From NCBI GenBank assembly GCA_023139205.1, contig JAGLOA010000001.1:906-64905 (forward strand): 64,000 bases of DNA, written 5' to 3'. This document shows positions 8,277 to 18,814 of this stretch, in pieces. Numbering within the stretch: position 1 is the stretch's first letter; every line of letters starts with the position of its first letter. Under the pieces are notes generated by a model. It saw only the letters and a list, made by a program, of their open reading frames with translations, was not told the DNA's origin and ran no database searches. Position numbers and translations under genes: made by a program. This stretch comes from Candidatus Pacearchaeota archaeon. GTDB taxonomy: Archaea > Nanobdellota > Nanobdellia > Pacearchaeales > GW2011-AR1.

Positions 8277-8397
8277 ATTTATACTAAATCACAATCAATT
8301 TTATATATTCTCCTATTTTTTCAGGGTTATAAACTTTTTTAAAAAAATGATAAAATTTACCCCCTTAAATAATTTAGAATATAATCAAAAATTTTTG

Positions 8398-8480
8398 TGC
8401 GATTTTCATCGGAGGCAATTTAAAAAATCGCCCATCCGCAAAGAAAGGGAAAATCGAAAAAAACCGCGAGGTTGTTTTCA
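8398..8480 (+). promoter_or_regulatory. GC-rich hairpin element, copy B, ending exactly at the mre11 ATG
   Basis: GCGAUUUU/AAAAUCGC 8-bp stem around loop CAUCGGAGGCAAUUUAA; then AAAATCGAAAAAAACCGCGAGGTTGTTTTCA immediately before ATG 8481; near-identical to copy C. Confidence 0.55.
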
Positions 8481-9641
8481 ATGGTAAGATTTGCACACAT
8501 TTCAGATGTTCATTTAGGAGGATGGAAGCAACAGCCAATGCAGGATTTAAACTTTGAATCCTTTAAAAAAGCAGTAGATATTTGCATAAACCAAAGACTG
8601 GATTTCATCCTCATAGCAGGAGATTTGTTTGATTCAGCTTACCCTCCAATAGAAATTTTAAAAGAGACCTTTGCTCAATTTAAAAAAATAAAAGAAGCGA
8701 AAATACCTTGTTTTATAATTGCAGGCTCTCATGATTATTCTGTTTCAGGAAAGACTTTTCTTGATGTTTTAGAAAAAGCTGGATTTTGCAAAAATGTAGA
8801 AAACTTTGAAGAAGAAGGAGAAAACTTGATTTTAAACCCAGTAATTCATGAAGGTATAGCAATTTATGGTTATCCTGGAAAAAAATCTGGGTTGGAAATT
8901 CAGGATTTAAGAAAAATAAAATTAAATGATGCTCCTGGAATGTTTAAGATTTTCATGTTGCATACAACAATTGACAAAGCAAAAGGAACACTTCCAATAG
9001 ACGCCATAGAAACAGATTTACTTCCAAAAGTAGATTATTATGCTTTAGGTCATTTGCATATAGATTTTCAATATGAAAATTTTGTTTACCCTGGTCCAGT
9101 ATTCCCAAACAATTTCCAGGAACTTGAAGATTTACAACATGGGAGTTTTTACATTGTGGATACAGAATCAACAAATTCCCTGCAAAAAATAGAATTAAAA
9201 ATAAAGGAAGTTGTGCCAATTACAATTCATGTAAAAAATGCATTAACTGCAACAGAGCAGATAATTTCTGAAATAGAAAAAAAAGAAATAGAAGATAAAA
9301 TAGTTCTCTTGAGAATAAAAGGAGAATTAGAAAACGGGAAAAATTCAGATATAAAGTTTTCCAGAATTGAAGAATATGTTAAACAAAAAAAAGCTTATTT
9401 TCTTTTGAAAAATACTCATAATTTAAAGACAAAAGAAGTTGAACTTGAGATTGAAGTAAAAGACGTAGAAAACATTGAAGAAGAAACAATAAAAATTTAT
9501 TCAGAGAAAAATCCGTCTGATTTTAATGAATTAATCCCCCAATTAATTGATTCTCTTTCAATTGAAAAACAAGAAGGCGAAAAAACAGAAAGTTTCACAA
9601 ACAGACTTATTACAGAAGCTAAAAAAATATTGAAGTTTTAA
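8472..9641 (+). CDS. mre11: DNA double-strand-break repair nuclease Mre11 (probable true start ATG 8481)
   Basis: Calcineurin-like phosphoesterase motifs RFAHISDVHLG, IAGDLFD, AGSHD, GHLH; followed by rad50 with a 1-nt gap. Confidence 0.85.
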   Translation: MFSMVRFAHISDVHLGGWKQQPMQDLNFESFKKAVDICINQRLDFILIAGDLFDSAYPPIEILKETFAQFKKIKEAKIPCFIIAGSHDYSVSGKTFLDVLEKAGFCKNVENFEEEGENLILNPVIHEGIAIYGYPGKKSGLEIQDLRKIKLNDAPGMFKIFMLHTTIDKAKGTLPIDAIETDLLPKVDYYALGHLHIDFQYENFVYPGPVFPNNFQELEDLQHGSFYIVDTESTNSLQKIELKIKEVVPITIHVKNALTATEQIISEIEKKEIEDKIVLLRIKGELENGKNSDIKFSRIEEYVKQKKAYFLLKNTHNLKTKEVELEIEVKDVENIEEETIKIYSEKNPSDFNELIPQLIDSLSIEKQEGEKTESFTNRLITEAKKILKF

Positions 9642-9642
9642 A

Positions 9643-11688
9643 ATGCTACTTAAAAAAATAATAATCGAAAATATAAGAAGTTATGAAAATGAAGAAATAG
9701 ATTTCTTAGAAGGTTCTACTCTTTTGTCAGGAGATATTGGTTCTGGAAAAACTTCGATTCTTTTAGGAATAGAATTTGCTTTATTTGGATTGCAACCAGG
9801 GCAAAGAGGTTCTTCATTATTAAGAAACGGAAAAGATAATGGAGGAGCTACAATTGAATTTGAAGTTGATGGAAAAGAAGTTATTGTTAAAAGAACTTTG
9901 AAAAGAGGAAAGACAATTTCCCAGGATTTTTGTTCAATCCAAATTAATGGAGAAACAAAAGAGCTTTCTGTGACTGAATTAAAAAACAAAGTTTTAGAAC
10001 TTTTAAACTACCCAAAAGAATTCTCAAAAAAACAAAATATTCTCTATAAATTTACAGTTTATACTCCTCAGGAAGAAATGAAACAAATAATTTTGCAGGA
10101 TGCTGAAACAAGGTTAAATACCTTAAGACATGTTTTTGGGATTGACAAATACAAAAAGATTTTGGAAAACATTTCAGTAATTAACACAAAAATAAGAGAA
10201 GAAAAAAGAATAAAAGAAGCCATGACTTCTAATCTTGAGGAAGATAAGGCAGACATAATTCTTAAGGAAACAGATCTTGAAGCAAAACATTCAAACCTCT
10301 CTTCAATTGAGAAAGAACTTTTCTTAAAAACAGAAGAAAGAAAAAAATTTCAAGAAGAAAAACAAGAAATTTTTACAAAAATTCAGGAAAAAAGCAAATT
10401 CCAGCAGGAAGTAGAAAAATCAAAGATAATGATTTCAAATAAAAAAGAAACAATTTTGAGCAATTCAAAAACAATGTCACAAATTAAAATTCAACTCGAA
10501 GAATTCCAGAAATTAATTTTTGATGAGTCTAAAATATTTCAGCTTGAGCAGGAAGTAGAAACAAAAACAAAGGAAAAACAAGACATTAACGAAAAAAATT
10601 TACAAATTACTTCTGAAATAAGTTCATTAAACTTAAAGAACCAGGAAAACGATAATCTAAAAAGCAAAATAAGTCATCTGGATATTTGCCCAACTTGTTT
10701 GCAGGATGTTGATTCTGTTTACAAAAGTAATGTAGTCAATAAATCAGATTTAGAGATATCAAGGAATGTTCAAAGAATAAAGGAGTTAACTTTACAAAAA
10801 CAAGAGGTTTTTCAGGAAATGAGTAATGTTGACCAGGAGATTTCTTCTAAACAAAAACAAATCCAGGAATTGAAAATAATAAAAGTCAGATTACAAGGGA
10901 TTCAGGAAAAACAAATCCGCCTCGAAGAACTTGAAAAATCAAACATTTCATTGGAAAAAGATATGGATCTTTTGAATCAGCACATTGAAACTCTAAAACA
11001 ATCTCTTTTTGAATTAAATAAATTTGATAATCTCTTTGAAACAAAACAAAAAGAACTTGATAATGCTTTGGTCCAGGAGAGACAGGCAGAGATTAAAGTA
11101 GCAGAATTAAAAAAAGAAATAGAATTTTTAGATATCCAAATTCAGGAATTAAAACAAAAAATAACAAAAACCCAAGAGATAAGGGAACAACTAAATTACC
11201 TGACAGAATTAGAAAATTGGCTTTCTAAAAAATTCATACCTGTTATTTCTTTTGTAGAAAAAAATGTCATGACAAAACTTAAATCAGAATTTTCTCAGTT
11301 GTTTGCAAAGTGGTTTTACATGCTTGTTTCAGATTCATTTAATGTTAGACTTAGCGATGATTTTACTCCGATAATTGAACAGCAGGATTATGAAATAGAT
11401 TACGCATATCTTTCAGGAGGAGAAAGAACAGCAATTGCTTTAGCTTACAGACTCTCATTAAACCAAGTTATAAATTCTCTTTTAAGTAAAATAAAAACAA
11501 GAGATGTTGTTATTTTAGACGAACCAACAGATGGTTTTTCTGATCAGCAGTTAGATAAAATGAGGAGTGTTCTGGAAGAATTAAATGTCAAACAACTTAT
11601 AATTGTAAGTCATGAACAAAAAATAGAAGGCTTTGTGGAAAATGTAGTTAGATTTAAGAAAGAAAATGGGATTTCAAAGAAAGAGTAA
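9643..11688 (+). CDS. rad50: DNA repair ATPase Rad50
   Basis: Walker A GDIGSGKTS, long coiled coil with zinc-hook CPTC (ICPTCLQDV), signature LSGGERTAIALAYRL, Walker B VVILDEPT. Confidence 0.85.
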   Translation: MLLKKIIIENIRSYENEEIDFLEGSTLLSGDIGSGKTSILLGIEFALFGLQPGQRGSSLLRNGKDNGGATIEFEVDGKEVIVKRTLKRGKTISQDFCSIQINGETKELSVTELKNKVLELLNYPKEFSKKQNILYKFTVYTPQEEMKQIILQDAETRLNTLRHVFGIDKYKKILENISVINTKIREEKRIKEAMTSNLEEDKADIILKETDLEAKHSNLSSIEKELFLKTEERKKFQEEKQEIFTKIQEKSKFQQEVEKSKIMISNKKETILSNSKTMSQIKIQLEEFQKLIFDESKIFQLEQEVETKTKEKQDINEKNLQITSEISSLNLKNQENDNLKSKISHLDICPTCLQDVDSVYKSNVVNKSDLEISRNVQRIKELTLQKQEVFQEMSNVDQEISSKQKQIQELKIIKVRLQGIQEKQIRLEELEKSNISLEKDMDLLNQHIETLKQSLFELNKFDNLFETKQKELDNALVQERQAEIKVAELKKEIEFLDIQIQELKQKITKTQEIREQLNYLTELENWLSKKFIPVISFVEKNVMTKLKSEFSQLFAKWFYMLVSDSFNVRLSDDFTPIIEQQDYEIDYAYLSGGERTAIALAYRLSLNQVINSLLSKIKTRDVVILDEPTDGFSDQQLDKMRSVLEELNVKQLIIVSHEQKIEGFVENVVRFKKENGISKKE

Positions 11689-11762
11689 ATATTTCCCATA
11701 AACTAATACCAAAAGATTAAAACTACTTTCGGAGTAGGTACAAAACAATCAGAAATGAACTT

Positions 11763-12278
11763 TTATTTTTGAACAAGCACAATAATTAAATTATGCCCAT
11801 GTTTTTCTAAGTTGTCATGTTCTTCATAATCTGTGAATCCTTGATTAACTTTTACAATTTTCCAATCAGAATAAATTTTTTTTATTAAATCTAAATCAGG
11901 ATAAAAATTTTTAAATCTGTCTTTTGAACAATCATCTTTATTGGACATACAAATTAAAAAATTATATCCTTTATCATTTGTATTTGATTGAATTTTTTTA
12001 ATTAGTTCAATAGCTTTTTCTTTGTTAAAAAAATGAAGAACTAATGAGGTAATGATTAAATCATACTTCTTCTCAAATTCAAATTTAGAGATATCTTCTT
12101 GTTTAAATTCAAAACATTTTTGTTTTATCTCAAAATCTTTTTTATCAATTCCAATAACTTGGATACCTTTTTTAGCAAATCTTAATGATTTAAATCCTTT
12201 CCCACATCCCAAGTCTAAAACAGAATCAACTTTAAGATCTCCTAAATATTTTTTTGTTAGTTCTTTTACCTTTACCAT
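11763..12278 (-). CDS. class I SAM-dependent methyltransferase
   Basis: Motif I VLDLGCGKG, 171 aa. Confidence 0.6.
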   Translation of the reverse strand: MVKVKELTKKYLGDLKVDSVLDLGCGKGFKSLRFAKKGIQVIGIDKKDFEIKQKCFEFKQEDISKFEFEKKYDLIITSLVLHFFNKEKAIELIKKIQSNTNDKGYNFLICMSNKDDCSKDRFKNFYPDLDLIKKIYSDWKIVKVNQGFTDYEEHDNLEKHGHNLIIVLVQK

Positions 12279-12314
12279 CTTTTAATTACTCTTAGTTCTA
12301 TTCCAAAGAAAGAA

Positions 12315-12692
12315 TCATAATTTTTTCTTTAATAAATTTGGCAAATCTTCTTTATCTTTTTTCCTTCTTTCTTTTTCTGCTTTTTCATTACAACTTGCCC
12401 AATATTCATTTTTTTCTAAATTTGCTTTAAAATGACTTTCTCCATTTACTCTAAGTTTCCAGTAAATTATCTGACCTTTAACAGTATCTATTCTTCGTGC
12501 AACTTTTTTCAACGCTCTTTTAGCTGCTCCTTTTTTTTGAGGCGACGCATCACAATCTTCAAGTTTTGCTTCCTCTTCTTTTTTCCATTCTAAAACTTCT
12601 TGCAGTTCTTCTTTAATATCTTTATATTTCTCTTTACTTTCATCTTCAGTTAAAGGGGGATTTTTTGATTTAGAGTAATATTGCTGTGCCAT
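12315..12692 (-). CDS. hypothetical charged (K/E-rich) protein
   Basis: 125-aa ORF, no motif. Confidence 0.3.
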   Translation of the reverse strand: MAQQYYSKSKNPPLTEDESKEKYKDIKEELQEVLEWKKEEEAKLEDCDASPQKKGAAKRALKKVARRIDTVKGQIIYWKLRVNGESHFKANLEKNEYWASCNEKAEKERRKKDKEDLPNLLKKKL

Positions 12693-12700
12693 TTTTATTT

Positions 12701-14299
12701 TTAATCACAAAATTCTTCAATAAAATATTTAGTTGTTAATTCTTCGCCTGTTGTTTTTTTAATTAATTCCTCCCACCTATATTTCTTTCCATATTCAAAT
12801 AAATTCTTTCTTAAAAATTCTCCAACTTCTTTTTTGTTATAATCTGGATTTTTTACATCATTTTGCTTCAAAATATTTTTTACAATATAACTTTGCAATT
12901 GCGAAGCAAGAAGTTCCCCGAGCATATAATTGTGGTAATAAACAGGTGCTCCTACAATATGGATTTTTGAAGCCCAATCTGGTTTGTCTCTTGAAAAATC
13001 AATTCTTTGATATTTTTTAACTAAATTCCACCAAAGTTTATTCAAGTCCTGTTCAGGATTTTTATAAAGCCCTTTTTCAAAATAATACATGACTTGGCAC
13101 CATCGTGAAAAAACAATTTCTCTTATTTTAAGTTGCTTTTTTCCAAGTTCAGAAACTTTTTCAGCTTTCTCTTCGTCAACATCACAAAATCTTTTTATAA
13201 AATTTGAATTTTTGGAATTTCTCCCAAAAAGCAAAGCAATAGATTCTGTAACAAAAGTGTGCGCGTGGCTTCTCAATAAAAATGGCAAAGTTGAATCAAC
13301 ATTTTTATCATAAATACCATGACCTAATTCATGTAATGTAGTATCCATCCATTTTTCATTATTTTTTGTGTTTTGAACAATTCTAACATCTCCACTATTG
13401 TCAATATTAATACAACACGCATGCTGATATTTTCCAGGTTTTTCATATAAATCACTTTGATCTAAAATATCCTCCACATCAAAACCAAGACCCTCATAAA
13501 ATTTAATTGCTTTCTCAATCACGTCCTCTTTGTAAAATTCATCAAGATCAATTTCATAAATCTCAGGTGCTTCCTGAAAAAATAAATCATGGTAATGCCA
13601 GGGTTTTAATTCTGAAATTTTAATTTTATATCTTTTGGATAACACTTCGCCTATCTCTTTTTTTATTTCTTCAAATGGTTTATTTGTTTTTTCTTCTAAA
13701 TCCAAAAATATTTTATCAATTTCTTCTTCTTTTTGTTCATTTAATTCTAAAGACATATTAAAATAATTTTCATATCCAAGACTTTGTGCCAACTCATTTC
13801 TTAATTTTATAATTTCAAGAACTTCTTTTGCAACAAATTCCCCTTGTTTTTTGCTTGCTTCCCATGTCTGCTTTAATTTTTCTGAATTTTGTTCTTCTTT
13901 TAAAATATCTTTTATTTGATTGTCTGTTAATTTTTCTCCATTTATCTCTGCCCTGAAAAAATTAAAACTTTTTTCAACTTTTGTTGATTTTTCAAGAATT
14001 TTCTTTAATAAAACAATATCTCCTTGAGAACCCAAATAAGATTCATACAATAAATTAAGTTGCCTTTTAATAATTGAATCTTCAATACTTTTTTTTAAGA
14101 ATCCCTTAATTTTTTCAAAGTTTTCTTTGTTATGAAAAAAATCCTCCATTTCCATAGCACTCTTTTCATACTCCCTATAAAATTCCTCTTTTCCAGTTGT
14201 AATAGCATCAAAATAAAATTTATACTCTTTTTCCTGGATTTTTTTTATTTCTCTGTTTTGTTTATTAAGAAATTCTTTTATATTCATCTCATTTTCCAT
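12701..14299 (-). CDS. M3-family zinc metallopeptidase (oligoendopeptidase F-like)
   Basis: HELGHGIYD (HExxH with Gly typical of M3), 532 aa. Confidence 0.55.
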   Translation of the reverse strand: MENEMNIKEFLNKQNREIKKIQEKEYKFYFDAITTGKEEFYREYEKSAMEMEDFFHNKENFEKIKGFLKKSIEDSIIKRQLNLLYESYLGSQGDIVLLKKILEKSTKVEKSFNFFRAEINGEKLTDNQIKDILKEEQNSEKLKQTWEASKKQGEFVAKEVLEIIKLRNELAQSLGYENYFNMSLELNEQKEEEIDKIFLDLEEKTNKPFEEIKKEIGEVLSKRYKIKISELKPWHYHDLFFQEAPEIYEIDLDEFYKEDVIEKAIKFYEGLGFDVEDILDQSDLYEKPGKYQHACCINIDNSGDVRIVQNTKNNEKWMDTTLHELGHGIYDKNVDSTLPFLLRSHAHTFVTESIALLFGRNSKNSNFIKRFCDVDEEKAEKVSELGKKQLKIREIVFSRWCQVMYYFEKGLYKNPEQDLNKLWWNLVKKYQRIDFSRDKPDWASKIHIVGAPVYYHNYMLGELLASQLQSYIVKNILKQNDVKNPDYNKKEVGEFLRKNLFEYGKKYRWEELIKKTTGEELTTKYFIEEFCD

Positions 14300-14380
14300 T
14301 CCAAATCCAAATCCGAAAACTTTATAAAATCTTATATTTTACAGATGTTATAAATTCTAAAAGGATTATCTTATATTAAA

Positions 14381-15040
14381 ATGGATGAAGATATTAAAAA
14401 GAATATATTGAAGACAGGAACTACTATTCTGGGAATTGTTTGTAAAGACGGAGTTGTAATGGCTTCTGACAGACAAACTACTGCAGGAAATGTTGTAATG
14501 AATAAAGATAAACAAAAAACAATCCAAATAAATGATTATCTTTTATTTTCTGGGTGCGGACTTGCAGCAGCTTCAGATAGAATAAAAAAAATTCTTCCTG
14601 CAGAATTAAAATTAAAAGAATTACGCTCAAAATCAAGACCAAGTGTAAAGCAAGCAGCAAATTTGCTTGCATCAATAATTTATTCAACAATTAGGCAACC
14701 TTCAATGATTCCTGATGAACTTGGGGCATTAATTGCAGGATTTAATGAAGATGGAACTACGGAATTATATTCAATTGACCCCGCAGGAAGTATTAAGGAG
14801 ATAACAGATTATGACGCAAACTTTGGTTCAGGTATGCCTTATGTTTTAGGATTATTAGAAAGACAATATAAAAAAGATCTTTCTGTTAAAGAAGGGATTG
14901 AATTAGCAAAAGAATCTTTAAAATCTTCAACACAAAGAGATGTTGGTTCTGGTTATGGGCTTGATATTTTCACAATCACAAAAGAGGGGATAAAAAAAGT
15001 TGTGGAACAAACAATTGAACCAAATTTTCGAGATAACTAA
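14381..15040 (+). CDS. psmB: proteasome beta subunit
   Basis: Propeptide then GTTILGIV catalytic N-terminal Thr context, Ntn-hydrolase fold motifs; conserved archaeal neighbourhood with aCPSF1. Confidence 0.85.
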   Translation: MDEDIKKNILKTGTTILGIVCKDGVVMASDRQTTAGNVVMNKDKQKTIQINDYLLFSGCGLAAASDRIKKILPAELKLKELRSKSRPSVKQAANLLASIIYSTIRQPSMIPDELGALIAGFNEDGTTELYSIDPAGSIKEITDYDANFGSGMPYVLGLLERQYKKDLSVKEGIELAKESLKSSTQRDVGSGYGLDIFTITKEGIKKVVEQTIEPNFRDN

Positions 15041-15077
15041 TGAAGATACTTAAAAAAATAAATTTACTTTTAGAATA

Positions 15078-16961
15078 ATGGACATTTTAAAAAACATTAC
15101 AGAACAATTGCACGGTGATATAACTGAAGCTAGTTTTGAAGGAGCAAATATAGTTCTTTATACAAATAATGCAAAGTTTTTCAGAGAAGGGGAAGGGAAG
15201 ATAAAAGAGATAGTAGGACAAATAAAAAAAAGAATTGAACTTAGAGCAGATCAAAAAATTCTTCCAAGTCAGGAGGAAACAGAGAAAAAAATAAGAGAAA
15301 TTGTTCCTGAAGAAGCTGAGATAACAAAAGTAATTTTTGATTTTCATAGAAGTATAGTTTTAATTGAAGCAAAAAAACCAGGGATGGTTATTGGTAAACA
15401 AGGTTCTATTTTAGAAGAAATAAGAAAAACAACTTTGTGGATACCTCAAATTCAAAGATCTCCTGCAATAAACAGTAAAATAACTGAAAACATCAGAGAA
15501 GTTCTTTATGCAAATAATAATTACAGAAGAAAATTTCTTGATTCAATTGGTAAAAAAATATACAAAGAGTGGAATCCTGAAAAAGTAGATGAATGGGTTA
15601 GAATAACTTTTTTAGGGGGTGGAAGACAAGTTGGAAGAAGTTCACTTCTTTTGCAAACTCCTAATTCAAAAGTACTTCTTGATTGCGGAGTAGATGTTGC
15701 TTCACAAGGTCAAAATAAATTCCCCTTTTTTAATGTCCCTGAATTTGATATTGCTCAATTAGATGCAGTAATCATAAGCCATGCACACTTAGACCATGTA
15801 GGACTGCTTCCTTATTTATATAAAATGGGTTACAAAGGACCAGTATACATGACCCCTCCAACAAGAGATATAGCAGCTTTGCTTTCTTTAGATTTTATTG
15901 GTGTTGCTTATAAACAGGCAGCAAGACCACTTTTTAGTTCAGTGGATATTAAAGAAATGGTTAAACATAGTATTTGTTTAAATTATAATGAAGTTACTGA
16001 TGTTACTCCAGATATAAGACTTACTTTTTATAATTCAGGACATGTACTTGGAGGAGCAATGATTCATCTTAACATAGGAAATGGGTTGCACAATTTACTT
16101 TATACAGGAGACTTTAAATACGCAAGGTCAAGACTTTTGGATCCTGCAGTTACAAATTTTCCAAGAATTGAATCAGTTATAACAGAATCAACTTATGGAG
16201 CAAGAGGAGATATTTTCCCTCCGAAAAAAGAGTCAGAAGAAAATTTCTTAAAGTTAATTAGTGAAACAATTAAAAAAAACGGGAAAGTTTTAATTCCAGA
16301 GTTAGGTTTAGGAAGAGCACAGGAAACAATGTTAATTCTTGAAGATGCTATGAGAACTGGAAAATTAGAAAAAATTCCAATTTATATTGACGGAATGATT
16401 TGGGATATTAATGCTATTCATACTGCTTATCCGGATTTTTTAAGCAGCAAAGTTAAATCAGAAATTTTCCAGGACCAAAATCCTTTTACTTCAGAATTTT
16501 TCTCAAGAGTTGGTTCTCCTCAGGAAAGAAAAAAAGTTATTGAAGGCGAGCCATGCATTGTTTTAGCTACATCTGGTATGCTTGTTGGAGGTGCTTCAGT
16601 AGAATATTTTAAAGAATTTGCCGGAAATGAAAATAATACAATACTCTTTGTTTGTTATCAGGGTGTTGGTTCTTTAGGAAGACAAGTTCAGGACGGAATT
16701 ACTGAAACAAAAATGATGGTAGATGGAAGAGAAGAAAAAGTAGCAGTAAATTTACAAGTTCACACAATTGAAGGATTTAGTGCTCATGCAGGCAGAAATG
16801 AATTAATGTCTTTTTTCAATAATCTGAACCCAAGAGCTAAAAGAATAATAATCAATCACGGAGAAGTTTCAAAATCATTAGATTTAGCTTCAGGACTTTA
16901 CAAACTCAATCATGTAGAAACAACTGTTCCAAGAACCTTAGAAACAGTAAGATTAAGATAA
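15078..16961 (+). CDS. archaeal CPSF1 / FttA-type KH + beta-CASP ribonuclease (transcription termination factor)
   Basis: N-terminal KH-like region, metallo-beta-lactamase HAHLDHVG, beta-CASP motifs, C-terminal SAHAG; 627 aa typical of aCPSF1. Confidence 0.85.
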   Translation: MDILKNITEQLHGDITEASFEGANIVLYTNNAKFFREGEGKIKEIVGQIKKRIELRADQKILPSQEETEKKIREIVPEEAEITKVIFDFHRSIVLIEAKKPGMVIGKQGSILEEIRKTTLWIPQIQRSPAINSKITENIREVLYANNNYRRKFLDSIGKKIYKEWNPEKVDEWVRITFLGGGRQVGRSSLLLQTPNSKVLLDCGVDVASQGQNKFPFFNVPEFDIAQLDAVIISHAHLDHVGLLPYLYKMGYKGPVYMTPPTRDIAALLSLDFIGVAYKQAARPLFSSVDIKEMVKHSICLNYNEVTDVTPDIRLTFYNSGHVLGGAMIHLNIGNGLHNLLYTGDFKYARSRLLDPAVTNFPRIESVITESTYGARGDIFPPKKESEENFLKLISETIKKNGKVLIPELGLGRAQETMLILEDAMRTGKLEKIPIYIDGMIWDINAIHTAYPDFLSSKVKSEIFQDQNPFTSEFFSRVGSPQERKKVIEGEPCIVLATSGMLVGGASVEYFKEFAGNENNTILFVCYQGVGSLGRQVQDGITETKMMVDGREEKVAVNLQVHTIEGFSAHAGRNELMSFFNNLNPRAKRIIINHGEVSKSLDLASGLYKLNHVETTVPRTLETVRLR

Positions 16962-16998
16962 ATTTAAAAAGAAGAATCCCCTAATCTATATAATTAAG

Positions 16999-17553
16999 AT
17001 GGTGAAGAAAATTAAAATAGGAAAAGTTCAGATAAATTTTTCTAATAAATGGTTTTATACTTTTATTGCAATTGGGATTTTAGTGATAATTGGTGTTGGA
17101 GTTTATGCTACTGTAGATAAGACAAAAGCATGGCATTCTTTAGATGAAATTGAACTACCTGATTGTGCTGATGGACAGGTTTTGCAAATGAGTGGAGGAA
17201 GTTGGGGTTGTGTCGATTTACCAAATGTGGATACTGGTCTAAAAACAAAAGTTGTGGAAATAGGTGGTTGGGACATGACTGCAAATATAACTGTTAAGAT
17301 TGCACATGGATTAAGCGATTTTAGGAAAATAAGAACAGTAAATGCTCTTATTAGAAATGATGGTGATAGTTGGTATTATATGTTAAACCGTTTTGGTAAT
17401 CAACCTGATCCCATACTATTGCAAGGAGGGATACATTTTATAGATGATACTACCATTCATCTTAGAAGAAGAACAGGAGGACAATTCGATGGTTCAGAAC
17501 ATGATAGCGTAAGTTATAACAGAGGATGGATTTACATAGTTTACGAAGCATAA
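16999..17553 (+). CDS. membrane-anchored secreted protein (N-terminal module paralogous to 49800..51560)
   Basis: N-terminal TM followed by VDKTKAWH (49800 protein has VDKDKAWH at the same position). Confidence 0.4.
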   Translation: MVKKIKIGKVQINFSNKWFYTFIAIGILVIIGVGVYATVDKTKAWHSLDEIELPDCADGQVLQMSGGSWGCVDLPNVDTGLKTKVVEIGGWDMTANITVKIAHGLSDFRKIRTVNALIRNDGDSWYYMLNRFGNQPDPILLQGGIHFIDDTTIHLRRRTGGQFDGSEHDSVSYNRGWIYIVYEA

Positions 17554-17655
17554 ATTTTTTAAAACCTTTAAAAACTCTTTTTACTTTTCTTAATTATGTT
17601 AAATAAAGAGGTTTCTCATGTGGTATCCTTCAAAAATTCGAGGAATGACCAAGTA

Positions 17656-17759
17656 GAGGAAAATCAAGGGGTTGTCTTATGCGATTTCGTCGGAGGCAAT
17701 TGGAAATCGCCGTTCCACAATTTGAGGAAAATCGAAAAAAACCCGCGGGTTGTTTTCAA
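17656..17759 (+). promoter_or_regulatory. GC-rich hairpin element, copy C, ending at the ATG (17760) of the presenilin-like gene
   Basis: GAGGAAAATCAAGGGGTT module, then GCGAUUUC/GAAAUCGC stem with loop GUCGGAGGCAAUUG, then AAAATCGAAAAAAACCCGCGGGTTGTTTTCAA ATG; the stem differs from copy B by a compensatory C-G to U-A change. Confidence 0.55.
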
Positions 17760-18749
17760 ATGAAACACAATGTAAAAATAATAATAATTCTTTTATCCAT
17801 GTTTGTTATAACCCAGTTTATTGGGTTGGCTGTTTTGCAGGCAGATATTTTTCATATTGAAAAAGAAATCAACGGAACAATGCAAGAAGTTGCAAATCCT
17901 TATTTGTCTTGGATTCAACCCCCGGAAATGCAAACAAATACAGAATTTTTTACACTCTTTCCTAGTTTAATAATTGCGTTTGTTTTTGCAATTTTTTTGG
18001 TTTTTATCCTTAGTAAATTTAAACTGGAATTTTTCTTAAAATTATGGTTTTTTGTTGTAGTTTGTATTGCTTTATTTTTAGCACTTTATTCATTTGAAAA
18101 ATTAGCATTTTTTAATGTCGAATCTCTTTGGATATTAGCAATACCAATAATAATTGCTCTTCCTTTAGCTTTTATTAAAATTTATAAAAGAAATTTTTTA
18201 ATTCATAATCTTACAGAGTTATTTATCTATCCTGGAATTTCAACGGTTTTTATCCCTATTTTGAATTTTTGGACAATAATTGCTCTTTTGATTATAATCT
18301 CAATTTATGATATGTGGGCTGTTTGGCATTCTGGTTTTATGCAAAAAATGGCTAAATACCAAATAAACAAATTAAAAATCTTTTCTGGATTTTTTGTTCC
18401 TTATTTATCAAAAAAAGTTAAACAAGAATTAAAGAAAAATAAAAAATCAAAAAAGAAAAGTGTTAAAGCAAATGTAGCTATTTTAGGAGGAGGGGACGTA
18501 ATTTTCCCGATTATTACTGCAGGAGTTATATTTTTTACTAAAGTAGTACCTCTTCCTTTTGGATTGAAACCTTTTGTAGGAGGGCTTTTTCCGGCCTTAT
18601 TTGTAATTGGAGGGGCAACATTAGGTTTAGGTTATTTGTTTTTCTTCTCTGAAAAAAAGAAGTTTTACCCTGCAATGCCTTTTATTACAGCTGGAATCTT
18701 TTTAGGGATTTTAGTAAGTTATGTTTTAAGATATTTTAGTGTTCTTTAA
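17760..18749 (+). CDS. presenilin / signal-peptide-peptidase family (A22) intramembrane aspartyl protease homologue
   Basis: Multi-TM protein with YD (ISIYDMWAV), GxGD (AILGGGDVIF) and PAL (LFPALFV) motifs in the correct order. The track start at 17679 lies inside repeat element C and is probably artefactual. Confidence 0.6.
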   Translation: MKHNVKIIIILLSMFVITQFIGLAVLQADIFHIEKEINGTMQEVANPYLSWIQPPEMQTNTEFFTLFPSLIIAFVFAIFLVFILSKFKLEFFLKLWFFVVVCIALFLALYSFEKLAFFNVESLWILAIPIIIALPLAFIKIYKRNFLIHNLTELFIYPGISTVFIPILNFWTIIALLIIISIYDMWAVWHSGFMQKMAKYQINKLKIFSGFFVPYLSKKVKQELKKNKKSKKKSVKANVAILGGGDVIFPIITAGVIFFTKVVPLPFGLKPFVGGLFPALFVIGGATLGLGYLFFFSEKKKFYPAMPFITAGIFLGILVSYVLRYFSVL

Positions 18750-18814
18750 TTGTTCCCACTCTTTGAAAGTAACAAAAACAAAAGGTTTATAAAAACAATT
18801 TTACATCTTTTTCT

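Noticed and set aside
11689-11762. Small hairpin CTACTttcggAGTAG between convergent rad50 and methyltransferase genes
   Set aside because: Only a 5-bp stem without a T-tract; too weak to call a terminator, although its position between convergent genes fits one.
17679-17759. N-terminal 27 codons of track ORF 17679..18749 (MRFRRRQLEIAVPQFEENRKKPAGCFQ)
   Set aside because: This stretch is the GC-rich repeat element C. The homologous element B upstream of mre11 is non-coding (it contains a stop), so the true start is most likely ATG 17760.
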